Positions 48,272-57,521 of a stretch of DNA of 64,000 nt are shown here, piece by piece. Below the pieces are notes generated by a model. That model ran no database searches. It saw only the letters and a program-made list of their open reading frames with translations, and had not been told where the DNA came from. The translations under genes and the position numbers were made by a program. Location of the stretch: NCBI GenBank assembly GCA_964626465.1, contig CAZVFP010000007.1, positions 953 to 64,952 on the forward strand. The letters run 5' to 3'. Every line of letters starts with the position of its first letter. Position 1 is the first letter of the stretch. The stretch comes from an uncultured Bacteriovoracaceae bacterium (GTDB lineage Bacteria > Bdellovibrionota > UBA2394).

Positions 48272-49302
48272 AGCTGAATCCAATGGTCACTCCCAACAAA
48301 GTTGGGTTAACGAAAAAAGATTATAGTGGAGCCGCGTCGACTCTGTGCACCGGTTGTGGTCATGATTCGATCACTCTTCATATTATTTCTGCATTTTATG
48401 AGCTCGATATTCCGGCTCACCGTGTCGCAAAATTTAGTGGCATTGGTTGTTCGAGCAAGACCCCAGCCTATTTTTTAGCAGGAGCTCATGGATTCAATTC
48501 TGTTCACGGGCGGATGCCATCTGTCGCGACGGGCGCCGCAGTTGCCAATCGCTCAATGGTGAATATTGCTGTCAGTGGTGATGGTGATACGGCGAGCATT
48601 GGTATGGGGCAATTCGTGCACATTGTGCGACGAAATATTCCTTTGCTTTATATCATCGAAAATAACGGTGTATATGGCCTGACTAAGGGACAGTTTTCGG
48701 CGACTTCCGATCTTGGATCTGTTTTGAAGAAGGGTGAAGTGAATTCACTGAATCCGATTGATCTGTGTGTTCTCGCATTAGAACTCGGTTGTGATTATGT
48801 GGCGCGAAGTTTCTCGGGAGATGCTAAGCAGATGGTGCCTATCTTGAAGGGAGGACTCAGCCACAAAGGAACATCGATCGTGGATGTGATCAGTCCATGT
48901 ATTACTTTTAATAATCATGAAGGTTCGACTAAGTCTTATAAGTTCGTCAAAGATCATGATGAAATTCTCCAAGAAGTCGGATTTGTTCCTCAATACACTC
49001 CAATCGATGTCGACTATGCCGACGGAACAACGAAAGTGGTTGATTTTCCGGATGGTGCTAAAATCACCTTGAAAAAAGTTCACCGAGATTACGATCCAAC
49101 AGATCGAAAAGCAGCGCTCGATATTTTGTATCAAGCAAGACAAGAGGGGCTCTTATTGACGGGACTTTTTTATGTAAATCCGAAGACGACGCCTTATCAA
49201 GAAATCTTGAAGGTTGCCGAAACGCCGCTTGTTCAGTTGAGTGTGGAGCAATTGCGTCCGAAACCGGAAGCTTTGAACGAGATTATGCAGAGTTTGTCTT
49301 AA
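48253..49302 (+). CDS. korB: 2-oxoacid:ferredoxin oxidoreductase, beta subunit (TPP-binding)
   Basis: TPP motif GDGDTASIGMGQFVHIVRRNIPLLYIIENNGVYGLT and cysteine-containing N-terminus CTGCGHDSI. Overlaps korA by 19 nt. Confidence 0.8.
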   Translation: MSTPELKLNPMVTPNKVGLTKKDYSGAASTLCTGCGHDSITLHIISAFYELDIPAHRVAKFSGIGCSSKTPAYFLAGAHGFNSVHGRMPSVATGAAVANRSMVNIAVSGDGDTASIGMGQFVHIVRRNIPLLYIIENNGVYGLTKGQFSATSDLGSVLKKGEVNSLNPIDLCVLALELGCDYVARSFSGDAKQMVPILKGGLSHKGTSIVDVISPCITFNNHEGSTKSYKFVKDHDEILQEVGFVPQYTPIDVDYADGTTKVVDFPDGAKITLKKVHRDYDPTDRKAALDILYQARQEGLLLTGLFYVNPKTTPYQEILKVAETPLVQLSVEQLRPKPEALNEIMQSLS

Positions 49303-50798
49303 GCATCGATGATCTCAAGTTGATTGAGATCATCTGTTTGAACAACGCCGCGACCTTTTCTCTTAGCTGCATAGAGAGCTCGGTCAGCTCGATGCAGCCA
49401 TTGATCTCCGCGTTCGTGCGGATCAAGTTCTGCCACACCAATTGAGACTCCAAGATTCGAGCCTGGAACAATATTGCGAATATTTTCTCTGTGCTTCTCT
49501 AGAAAATTCTCAGCTACTTTTTGTGCGGTTTTCAGGTCGCTGCGGGATAAGACTACAATAAACTCATCTCCTCCGTATCGAATGATGCGATCTGATTTCC
49601 GAAAAAATATCTTCATTAGTTTCACAAATTCTTGCAGCGCCCTGTCACCTTCAGCATGCCCTTGGTCGTCGTTAATTCGTTTGAAATAATCTAAATCCAT
49701 CGACAAAATGCTGCATCCTTCGATTGCTAACCACTGCAAGCTTTTCTTTTCGAGCAAATGATTGAGATAGTTGCGATTGTAAACACCTGTAAGTGAGTCG
49801 GTGAAAGCTTGTTTGAGAAGAGTTTTATTTTCGGTTTCCAATGAAGAGGCGTTTTGTTTCAGTTCGGTTTCTCGAAGACTGTCAGCCGTCATATCACGCA
49901 AGGTCACAAGATAACGTGTTTGATCTCCGGATTTTGATTCTGGATAAAATGTGGCATCCAAAAAATATGACTTGTAGTAGCGAAAGCGCAGTGTCAGTCG
50001 AATGTGGAAAGCTTCGTGCGATGTGAGCAATTGCGTGAGCGATTGCTTTAAATCCATGGGTTGGGCTGCAAACGGGTCATGAAGAATATTCATTTTTTGC
50101 AGAACTTCTTCGTCGCATTCAAGCCAGTCTTGGAATACTTGATTGGCTTTTAAGATTTGGCCGTCACTTTGAAGAACGAGCAAGCCCTCGGCAGTGCTAT
50201 TAAAAACTTCAAAGTTTTGATCATGGAGATCTGCGGTCTTTTTTTTCTTAAATGCCATCAGCGCGGCAAATCCTGCAGCAAGCATAAGTAGATAACTAAT
50301 AATCAGGCCAAACCCTTGCAGCAGAAATGAAGTCATATCGCTCGTCATCGATAGAAAGTAACGATCACCAAAGGGGGTCAAACTCTGATAGTAGAATCGC
50401 CCCTGAATCCAGAACATTCCTTCTCCGGGGCTTGAAAATGCGGACGCCTGAGAATTTGTAGAGGCCACAATGGATGTGCTGATCGACGTCTCTTTATAGA
50501 GGACAAGCTGCCCAAGGATCTGAAAATCATCCCTTAATTTGAGGAGTTGACTGGAAAGCAACGACTGGCGATCTTGAGAGACTGAAGCGAGGTCAGGTGA
50601 GTTTGAAAGCGTATGTACAACAGCCCGAGCGGTTTTCTCGAGATGATGCTTTTCCCGGGATATTAATCCAAGGATGTCTTGGTAGAAAAGCCATAGGCCA
50701 AGTGCGAGTAGGAGAATAGAAACCCATGAACCGATGCGCCGATTTATCTCGAGTGTCACAGTTTGAAACCTTTCAACAACAAGACGAAATTGAAACAC
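49299..50798 (-). CDS. membrane sensor diguanylate cyclase (periplasmic sensor, 2 TM, PAS, GGDEF)
   Basis: RYGGDEF active site with RINDDQGHAEGD. A PAS-like segment (STAEGLLVLQSDGQILKANQVFQDWL) and two TM helices flank a periplasmic region of about 130 aa. Confidence 0.8.
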   Translation of the reverse strand: MFQFRLVVERFQTVTLEINRRIGSWVSILLLALGLWLFYQDILGLISREKHHLEKTARAVVHTLSNSPDLASVSQDRQSLLSSQLLKLRDDFQILGQLVLYKETSISTSIVASTNSQASAFSSPGEGMFWIQGRFYYQSLTPFGDRYFLSMTSDMTSFLLQGFGLIISYLLMLAAGFAALMAFKKKKTADLHDQNFEVFNSTAEGLLVLQSDGQILKANQVFQDWLECDEEVLQKMNILHDPFAAQPMDLKQSLTQLLTSHEAFHIRLTLRFRYYKSYFLDATFYPESKSGDQTRYLVTLRDMTADSLRETELKQNASSLETENKTLLKQAFTDSLTGVYNRNYLNHLLEKKSLQWLAIEGCSILSMDLDYFKRINDDQGHAEGDRALQEFVKLMKIFFRKSDRIIRYGGDEFIVVLSRSDLKTAQKVAENFLEKHRENIRNIVPGSNLGVSIGVAELDPHERGDQWLHRADRALYAAKRKGRGVVQTDDLNQLEIIDA

Positions 50799-52120
50799 GT
50801 GCTCAAGAGCTCGGCCAGAAGATTTTTGCTGGAGTCAAACAAAGCCAATATTCTCAATCCTGGTGGTACTTGAAACTGATGGATCTCGCAACACGAGATC
50901 CTCGCGTGAAGACACAGCTGTTTCGATTTGTCGACGTTCTTCCAGTTCTCAGAACAAATGCACAAAAAACGAGGCAGTTGCTGGAGTATCTGTCTAGGCC
51001 GGAAGCGATTTCATCCTGGCCATTTTCCTTATCATTGATAAGTTCGATTCTGAAGATTCCTGGAGTGAATAGTATCGTTGCCGATATCGCGCAACGACAA
51101 GTCACACAAATGGCTCATATGTTCATTGTGGGTGACACATTTGAATCTACGTTGCCCAAGCTCGAGGCGCGCCGTCGAAATCGTTTGGCCTTTACCTTGG
51201 ATATTTTAGGAGAGTCGGTCTTGTCGGATGCTGAGGCCGAGGATTATCGCGGAAAGTACTTTCGTTTGATCGAAAGGTTGGGGGAGGCGTCGGCCAATTG
51301 GAGATTTATTCAGCAGATCGATCAATCTGCGCTGGGTCCGATTCCGAAAGTGAATTTGTCGATTAAGATCTCATCTCTCGATTGTCGAATTGACCCCATG
51401 GCGTTTGAGTCATCGATGAGCCGATTGATTGAGCGATTGACGCCAATTCTGCGAGCGGCGATGAAACAAGGTTTTTTTATTAATTTCGATATGGAGCAAT
51501 ACGCGTTGAAGGATCTCACCCGAGAACTCTTCCGACGACTGATTCTAAGTGATGAATTTCGTAACTATCGGTATCTAGGAATTGTTGTTCAGGCCTATCT
51601 TCGATCGTCTCTTGCCGATATTGAAGATTGGATATCTGTTGCTCGCGAACGAGGCTGTCCATTCACCATTCGCTTAGTTAAAGGTGCATACTGGGACTAC
51701 GAAGTGATCACGGCCGAGCAGAATGGCTGGTCGATTCCTGTTTTTGACAAGAAAAGTGAGACCGACTTAAATTATGAAGCATGTGCAAGAGTTTTGATCG
51801 ACGCCTATCCGTCGATTGAACTTGCTCTTGGCTCTCATAATGTTCGATCGATCTCAAGCACGCTTGCATATATCGCGCACAAGAATATTCCTTTGAATTC
51901 CACGGAGATTCAAATGCTTTATGGTATGGCGGATCCGTTTAAGAAATCTCTTATCGATATGGGAGTCCGAGTGAGGGAATATGATCCGATGGGTGAGCTC
52001 GTGCCCGGGCTTTCTTATTTAGTTCGCCGGCTGCTAGAAAATTCGGCAAACGATTCATTTTTAAAACAAACGTTTCTGAACCGAAAAGAAATGAACCAGT
52101 TGTTAGCCCCGCCGCGATGA
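50726..52120 (+). CDS. proline dehydrogenase (monofunctional PutA-type PRODH)
   Basis: SWWYLKLMDLATRDPRVKTQLFRFVDVLPVL...HNVRSISS...EIQMLYGMADP...YLVRRLLENSAND. The annotated start overlaps the divergent GGDEF gene, so the true start is uncertain. Confidence 0.75.
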   Translation: MNRCADLSRVSQFETFQQQDEIETRAQELGQKIFAGVKQSQYSQSWWYLKLMDLATRDPRVKTQLFRFVDVLPVLRTNAQKTRQLLEYLSRPEAISSWPFSLSLISSILKIPGVNSIVADIAQRQVTQMAHMFIVGDTFESTLPKLEARRRNRLAFTLDILGESVLSDAEAEDYRGKYFRLIERLGEASANWRFIQQIDQSALGPIPKVNLSIKISSLDCRIDPMAFESSMSRLIERLTPILRAAMKQGFFINFDMEQYALKDLTRELFRRLILSDEFRNYRYLGIVVQAYLRSSLADIEDWISVARERGCPFTIRLVKGAYWDYEVITAEQNGWSIPVFDKKSETDLNYEACARVLIDAYPSIELALGSHNVRSISSTLAYIAHKNIPLNSTEIQMLYGMADPFKKSLIDMGVRVREYDPMGELVPGLSYLVRRLLENSANDSFLKQTFLNRKEMNQLLAPPR

Positions 52121-52159
52121 AATCACACGCTTAACAGAATAAGGAGTAGTTGATCAAAA

Positions 52160-53731
52160 ATGACAGCATTCAAAAATCTTTCACTTCTAAATTTTTCAGA
52201 AATTGATGCGCGAAATAAGACAATTGAAGCGCTGGAAAAGGTTCGCGCTCAATTGGGGCGTTCGTATCGCCTTGGCGACGGTGCAGTCGTCGCAGCTCCG
52301 TCTCGCGAGACTTTGGCGAGCGTTAATCCTGCGCGGCCGAGCGAGGTGATTGGGCGCGTCGAAATTGCGACAGCTCAAGATGTAGAACTCGCACTTAAAA
52401 CTGTTAAAACTGGCTCAGAATCATGGAAGAAGACCCCCGTCGCAAAAAGAATCAAGCTGGTCGAGTCTCTGGGGCGTTGGATGGAAGCGAATCGCTATGA
52501 ACTCTCGGCATGGATGACTTATGAGGTCGGAAAAAATTGGAAAGAAGCTGATGCAGACGTTTGCGAAGCTGTAGATTTTTGTTTGTACTATGCTTCGGAG
52601 ATGGCTCGCTTGAGCGAGCCGCGGCGTACTCAAAAAGTCGCTGGTGAAGACGATCATCTGGTTTATTTTCCGAAGGGAGTTGCTGTCGTTATTGCTCCGT
52701 GGAATTTTCCTTTGGCGATCTTGACGGGCATGGCGGTCGCCGCGCTGGTGACCGGAAATACTGTGGTGATTAAACCTGCCGAGCAGTCAGCCGTTATTGG
52801 TAGTTTTCTGGCGAAGGGATTGAAGGAAGTCGGTTTTCCGGAGGACAGTTTCTATTTCCTATCAGGTATTGGTGAAGTCGTCGGGCCAATTCTAGTGGGC
52901 GATCCGCGAGTTGATCTCATCGCCTTTACCGGATCGGCCCAGGTCGGATTTTCAATCATTGAAACCGCGGCACGTAAACCTCGAGCAGGTCAGCGTGGCA
53001 TTAAGAAAGTCATCGCCGAGATGGGGGGAAAGAACGCGCTGATTATCGACGAGGATGCAGACCTTGATGAAGCGATTGTGGGTTCTGTGCACAGTGCGTT
53101 TGGATTCCAGGGCCAGAAATGTTCTGCGCTCAGCAGACTTCTCGTGCATTCATCCGTCTATGATACTTTTGTGAAACGATTTGTTGAGGCGGCCGCGTCT
53201 TTGAGAATTGGCAATCCACTTCAGCCTGACTTTCAAGTTGGCCCGGTGATTGATAGCGACGCTCACAAGAGAATTTTGAATACAATCGAAGATGGAAAAT
53301 CGAGGATGAAAGTTTTGTATCAAGCAAAAGATATTCCCGGTGATGGATACTATGTGCCCCCGACGATTTTTGAGTGTTCGAATATCGAAGAACCTTTGTT
53401 TAAGAATGAAATTTTCGGCCCGGTTGTTGTGGTCAAGAAAGTTGAGTCTTTAGATCAAGCGATTCAAGAAACTAATTCTGTGGACTATGCTTTAACGGGT
53501 GGCATTTATTCGAGGAGCCCAAGTCATATTGAGCGGGCCCGACAGGAAATTGAAGTGGGTAATTTGTATATCAATCGCGGAATCACGGGTGCGATTGTTG
53601 AACGGCATCCGTTTGGTGGATTCAAGATGTCCGGAATTGGAAGCAAGGCGGGCGGACCAGATTATTTGCTTCAGTTTTTAGAACCGCGTACAATCTCAGA
53701 GAACACGGTAAGAAGGGGTTTTGCATCCTGA
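52160..53731 (+). CDS. L-glutamate gamma-semialdehyde (1-pyrroline-5-carboxylate) dehydrogenase, aldehyde dehydrogenase family
   Basis: ALDH catalytic residues: EMGGKNALIIDEDAD (Glu) and GQKCSALSRLLV (Cys). It lies directly downstream of PRODH. Confidence 0.85.
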   Translation: MTAFKNLSLLNFSEIDARNKTIEALEKVRAQLGRSYRLGDGAVVAAPSRETLASVNPARPSEVIGRVEIATAQDVELALKTVKTGSESWKKTPVAKRIKLVESLGRWMEANRYELSAWMTYEVGKNWKEADADVCEAVDFCLYYASEMARLSEPRRTQKVAGEDDHLVYFPKGVAVVIAPWNFPLAILTGMAVAALVTGNTVVIKPAEQSAVIGSFLAKGLKEVGFPEDSFYFLSGIGEVVGPILVGDPRVDLIAFTGSAQVGFSIIETAARKPRAGQRGIKKVIAEMGGKNALIIDEDADLDEAIVGSVHSAFGFQGQKCSALSRLLVHSSVYDTFVKRFVEAAASLRIGNPLQPDFQVGPVIDSDAHKRILNTIEDGKSRMKVLYQAKDIPGDGYYVPPTIFECSNIEEPLFKNEIFGPVVVVKKVESLDQAIQETNSVDYALTGGIYSRSPSHIERARQEIEVGNLYINRGITGAIVERHPFGGFKMSGIGSKAGGPDYLLQFLEPRTISENTVRRGFAS

Positions 53732-53757
53732 GTCCAAAATATTCATGTCTGTTATTC

Positions 53758-54393
53758 TTGAATTTGAATCACCGTTTGAGTGACGAGGTGATTTCTATTG
53801 TTCAGAAATCTTTGAGAATTTCGGGCATTTTTTATCCCAAAGATATTGTAACAGATGATCAGTTAAAGAATTTGAACCCTGATTTCGTCATCAACTTTTT
53901 GTGTGATCGTGTTCATCGTGGGCTTATTTTAAATTTTAAAAATATCAATTTTCACCCTGGAACGCCGGAGTATCCGGGTCGCGGGGGGGCGAGCTATGCG
54001 ATTTTTGATGGCAAGCGCGAGTATGGTGCGACCGCTCACGCAATGGTTGAGAAAGTGGATCAAGGAGCTATCTTTGATACAGCGACATTTCCGATGATTG
54101 AGGGAGAGCGGTGTGATCAATTGTTTGATAGGGCCGAAGATGCCTGCCGTGATCTGCTTAAAAAATGTATTGAATACTTGGGATCTGGCAGGTTACCGCC
54201 TGTTCGCGACGATCTTCGATGGTCCCGCAGAGCGATATCACGAAAAGAGTTTCAAAAATGGTTGATTCTGGATCCATCAAACGAGACGGAATTTCAAAAG
54301 AAGATAGTGGCGAGTCGACATCGATTATTTCCCGGCCCCTATGTGGTGATTCATGGCCATAAATTCGCACTTGTCCCTGATACCAAGTACTAA
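53758..54393 (+). CDS. formyltransferase-family protein (Fmt/PurN N-domain-like)
   Basis: NFHPGTPEYPGRGGASYAIFDGKREYGATAHAMVEKVDQGAIF aligns with the formyl_trans_N motif (NxHPSLLP...G.T.H...D.G.I). The function is not assigned. Confidence 0.5.
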   Translation: MNLNHRLSDEVISIVQKSLRISGIFYPKDIVTDDQLKNLNPDFVINFLCDRVHRGLILNFKNINFHPGTPEYPGRGGASYAIFDGKREYGATAHAMVEKVDQGAIFDTATFPMIEGERCDQLFDRAEDACRDLLKKCIEYLGSGRLPPVRDDLRWSRRAISRKEFQKWLILDPSNETEFQKKIVASRHRLFPGPYVVIHGHKFALVPDTKY

Positions 54394-55760
54394 ATCACAT
54401 TTTCTGTCTTGAGATGATCCAGAATTTTTTCGAGTGCCATTCCTCGTGAGCCCTTCAGAAAAATCGTATCGCCAGAAGCAATTTCAGACGACAAAGTTTC
54501 TGAAACTCTGTCGCAAGATGAATAAGCACGAATATTCTTTGGGGGATTAATCAGTGAACTGAACGCGGCCGCAAAATGTTCTCCGACCAAATAAATCTCC
54601 GAAAATCCTAAAACGATGGCGAGGTTGAGAATTCTATGGTGAGATTTTTCTGTGGCGGATCCTAAGTCAAGCATATCGCCAAGCACAACTCGTTGAATGC
54701 AACCGTCGGCCACTTCTGCATACGCGGCAAGGGCGCGTTCCATAGAATCTGGATTTGCGTTATAACAATCGTCATAAATTTGAATTTGATTTTTATATAT
54801 TCGCCATTGGCTTCGGTGAGCCTCGCCCTGGAAGTCTGAAAGATTTTCAGATAGCAGTTTGAACTGCTCCAACTGAAGAGAGGGTTTCAAGAGTGATAAA
54901 CCGGTAAGCGCTGCCAAAAGATTTTGAGCATTGTGTTTTCCAGGAAGCGGATTTCGCCATCGAAAGCCGAAGAGATTCAGAAAATTGGGTGGTTCAAAAA
55001 GTCCTTCGATATCGGCAGATTTTTCAAGCGCATAGCGTAGTGTTCGTTGAGGGAATTTTTGGTTTTGGATCCATTCAGAATCCATATTTGCTGCAAATGC
55101 GCCTTCAGATTTTGTCAGAAATTTAAGCAGCTTTAATTCTTCTTCCGCAACATTTTCGATCGTCTTCAATTTGTTTAAATGTTCCTCACCGATTGTAGTA
55201 ATGAGACCGAACTGAGGAGCTACGACTTCCAGATGCTGATCCATCCATCCGGGCTCATCGATACCGATTTCGATCACGGCGATTTCTTCATCTCGGATTT
55301 GCAGAAGGCTTAAGGCGATTCCTAAGATGGAATTCAGGGACTTGGCTGTTTTATAGACCTTGATTCCCAATTTTGAGAGCAAATAAGCCAGCCATTCTTT
55401 GGTTGTGGTTTTGCCGTTGCTGCCAGCGACCGCGAAAATCGGGCATTTTAAAGTTCGTCTATAGGCGGCGGCGAGCTGGCGCAGTGATTCAATGACGTTA
55501 TCAACTTCGATCAGGATGAAGTGTTTTGGAAGGAATTTACGTTCAATCGTATTTTTTGCTACAAGAGCCCCGAGCGCTCCCTGCTGCGAAGCCTGAACGA
55601 CATAATCATGCCCGTCAAATTTATCGCCCTTGATCGCGATAAAGAGATCCCCAGGTTTGACATTCCGAGAATCACTCCAGACACGATGAAATCCAGCCTC
55701 TGGTAGGTCATGAAGATGAATTCCGGCAAAGACAGAACCAATAAAAGCACGTGAAAACAT
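54390..55760 (-). CDS. murF: UDP-N-acetylmuramoyl-tripeptide--D-alanyl-D-alanine ligase
   Basis: FAVAGSNGKTTTKEWLAYLL (Mur ligase P-loop) followed by the central and C-terminal Mur ligase domains. Confidence 0.85.
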   Translation of the reverse strand: MFSRAFIGSVFAGIHLHDLPEAGFHRVWSDSRNVKPGDLFIAIKGDKFDGHDYVVQASQQGALGALVAKNTIERKFLPKHFILIEVDNVIESLRQLAAAYRRTLKCPIFAVAGSNGKTTTKEWLAYLLSKLGIKVYKTAKSLNSILGIALSLLQIRDEEIAVIEIGIDEPGWMDQHLEVVAPQFGLITTIGEEHLNKLKTIENVAEEELKLLKFLTKSEGAFAANMDSEWIQNQKFPQRTLRYALEKSADIEGLFEPPNFLNLFGFRWRNPLPGKHNAQNLLAALTGLSLLKPSLQLEQFKLLSENLSDFQGEAHRSQWRIYKNQIQIYDDCYNANPDSMERALAAYAEVADGCIQRVVLGDMLDLGSATEKSHHRILNLAIVLGFSEIYLVGEHFAAAFSSLINPPKNIRAYSSCDRVSETLSSEIASGDTIFLKGSRGMALEKILDHLKTENVI

Positions 55761-55852
55761 ATGTAATTATTATTCTATTTGAGCCGCTCCCGATTGACAC
55801 TGATAGATTTCTTCAATATCCATTATCTTCAATGGGTTTTAAGGAGGTTCGT

Positions 55853-57442
55853 ATGACGAAGCGGGTGTCTGTTGGGCTTTTTTCTCTTTTGCTACCAATA
55901 ATCTTTTTGACTGGAACTCTAGTTGCGCTGGAGCCGCCTGCCGAGTGGCCAGTCTCGGGCGAGAGTTCTGAGCAGTATATCGAACGGGTGGGTAGAACCG
56001 TGGCCGATCAAATCTTTGCGGCCGTGCAAGACAATATGGACGCCCGCGATGGACGTGGAACTGGCCAGATGGCGATTCGACTGCGTGAGGTCGCAAAATA
56101 TTGGGGAGCTTCGTTGCAGCCTGATCGAGTCGGAAGCTCTCTCAGCTCAGATGACGTTACGGCACTTATAAAAAAATCTCTTGGAACTTGTGCGACGGAA
56201 ATGGGGTATTGCTCGCGTGATGGACGTTATGAGATTCCGGTCCATCACTTTCAGACAGCAATCGACAGGGCGAACAAGCGATTGAAATGGGCCAATTTGG
56301 GAGATTCAATTGTTATCGTACAGTCGCCGGAAGCGAAACTGTTGGAGGCTTTTTATCAGTATACTTTGCCGACATTTATGACGGAAAAAAAACTTCTAGG
56401 CCCAGAAGAGTTGGTTGAGTTTTCGAAATCGCTTTTTGGGGCACAAGAGGAAGGAATCGTGGCAGTTCCATTTATCGGTTGGGATGATGCGGACACAGCG
56501 AGGGTCTTTAAGACCGTTGAAACAAGATTTCAACAGCTCGGCCATTCCGTGAAGTTTAAATCGTCAGTGTCGAAGGTTGAGGATGTGCCACTTCCTCGGG
56601 ATGATGAGCCTCTTCCTCCCCACAAGGCACGAAATGATACGGTTAAAAAAATTCGTTATGGCTTGTTTCCGGCAATGGCTTCGTTGGGCGTTGCTGCGGG
56701 ATCATTTCCGAAGGGCATGATTTGGAGCGGTCTTGCTCAGATGGCCGCATGGACGGGATTAGAAGTTCAATTTGCATTGAGAAGTGGAAAATTTTGGAAT
56801 AAGATATGGTATCGCTACGGATTTACTGCCTTAACGGCTGTCAATTTCATTGCTCCGTTTGCGGTCGCGTTGCTGGCAAGTTCTGTTGCTCTTGTGACTG
56901 GTGAAATTGATTTTCAAAATATTGCTGGAGGCATTGCTGGAGATTCGAACCTGGTCTTATTTGGCAAGGCTACTGCAGAGGCGGCTAAAAGAAATATTAC
57001 ATGGACCCTGGGCCTATTTTTATCATCCTTCGCCGCGATGCAGGTAATCATGTCGAAAGAGAAGGCATTTGGGGAAACTTCTGAAGGTAAACGCTTGGTG
57101 TTTGAATCTGTGACGGGCTCTGGGCCACAGTTGGCGAGAGGCATTCTCGCGGCGAGCTCGTTTTTGGTGAGTCAAATGGCAATGGTCAACGTGCTAGGGA
57201 TGAATCTGCGTATCGATGATCTTGTGGGTTATTCCATACAGGTGGCCTTTGCTCTTCTCATTTCAGCACCCTTGGGATTTAAGATTTGGAAGGGTGATGA
57301 GTTGTTTGATCGTGAGACTGGTCGAAATTTTGCTCATCCGATACAGAAGGAATTGCCCGAGAGTTTGGGTGCTCGAGTGCGATCCATCTGCTCTCGTGGT
57401 TTATCCGCCCTCTATAGAGGATACACCTTTAGTCGGCAGTGA
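55853..57442 (+). CDS. hypothetical membrane protein
   Basis: The ATG at 55853 is preceded by AAGGAGG; the ORF-track GTG at 55751 would overlap the murF start. An N-terminal signal/TM is followed by a C-terminal multi-TM region. No family was recognised. Confidence 0.4.
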   Translation: MTKRVSVGLFSLLLPIIFLTGTLVALEPPAEWPVSGESSEQYIERVGRTVADQIFAAVQDNMDARDGRGTGQMAIRLREVAKYWGASLQPDRVGSSLSSDDVTALIKKSLGTCATEMGYCSRDGRYEIPVHHFQTAIDRANKRLKWANLGDSIVIVQSPEAKLLEAFYQYTLPTFMTEKKLLGPEELVEFSKSLFGAQEEGIVAVPFIGWDDADTARVFKTVETRFQQLGHSVKFKSSVSKVEDVPLPRDDEPLPPHKARNDTVKKIRYGLFPAMASLGVAAGSFPKGMIWSGLAQMAAWTGLEVQFALRSGKFWNKIWYRYGFTALTAVNFIAPFAVALLASSVALVTGEIDFQNIAGGIAGDSNLVLFGKATAEAAKRNITWTLGLFLSSFAAMQVIMSKEKAFGETSEGKRLVFESVTGSGPQLARGILAASSFLVSQMAMVNVLGMNLRIDDLVGYSIQVAFALLISAPLGFKIWKGDELFDRETGRNFAHPIQKELPESLGARVRSICSRGLSALYRGYTFSRQ

Positions 57443-57521
57443 GCCCTTGCAGGGGATTTTTTGTACGAGTGTTTTTTACCTGCTCGCAATTTTTTGAAAA
57501 TGGCGTATAAATGAGCCGGCT

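Noticed and set aside
55751-55852. GTG-initiated N-terminal extension of the membrane protein ORF
   Set aside because: It would overlap the murF start codon region. A strong AAGGAGG precedes the ATG at 55853.
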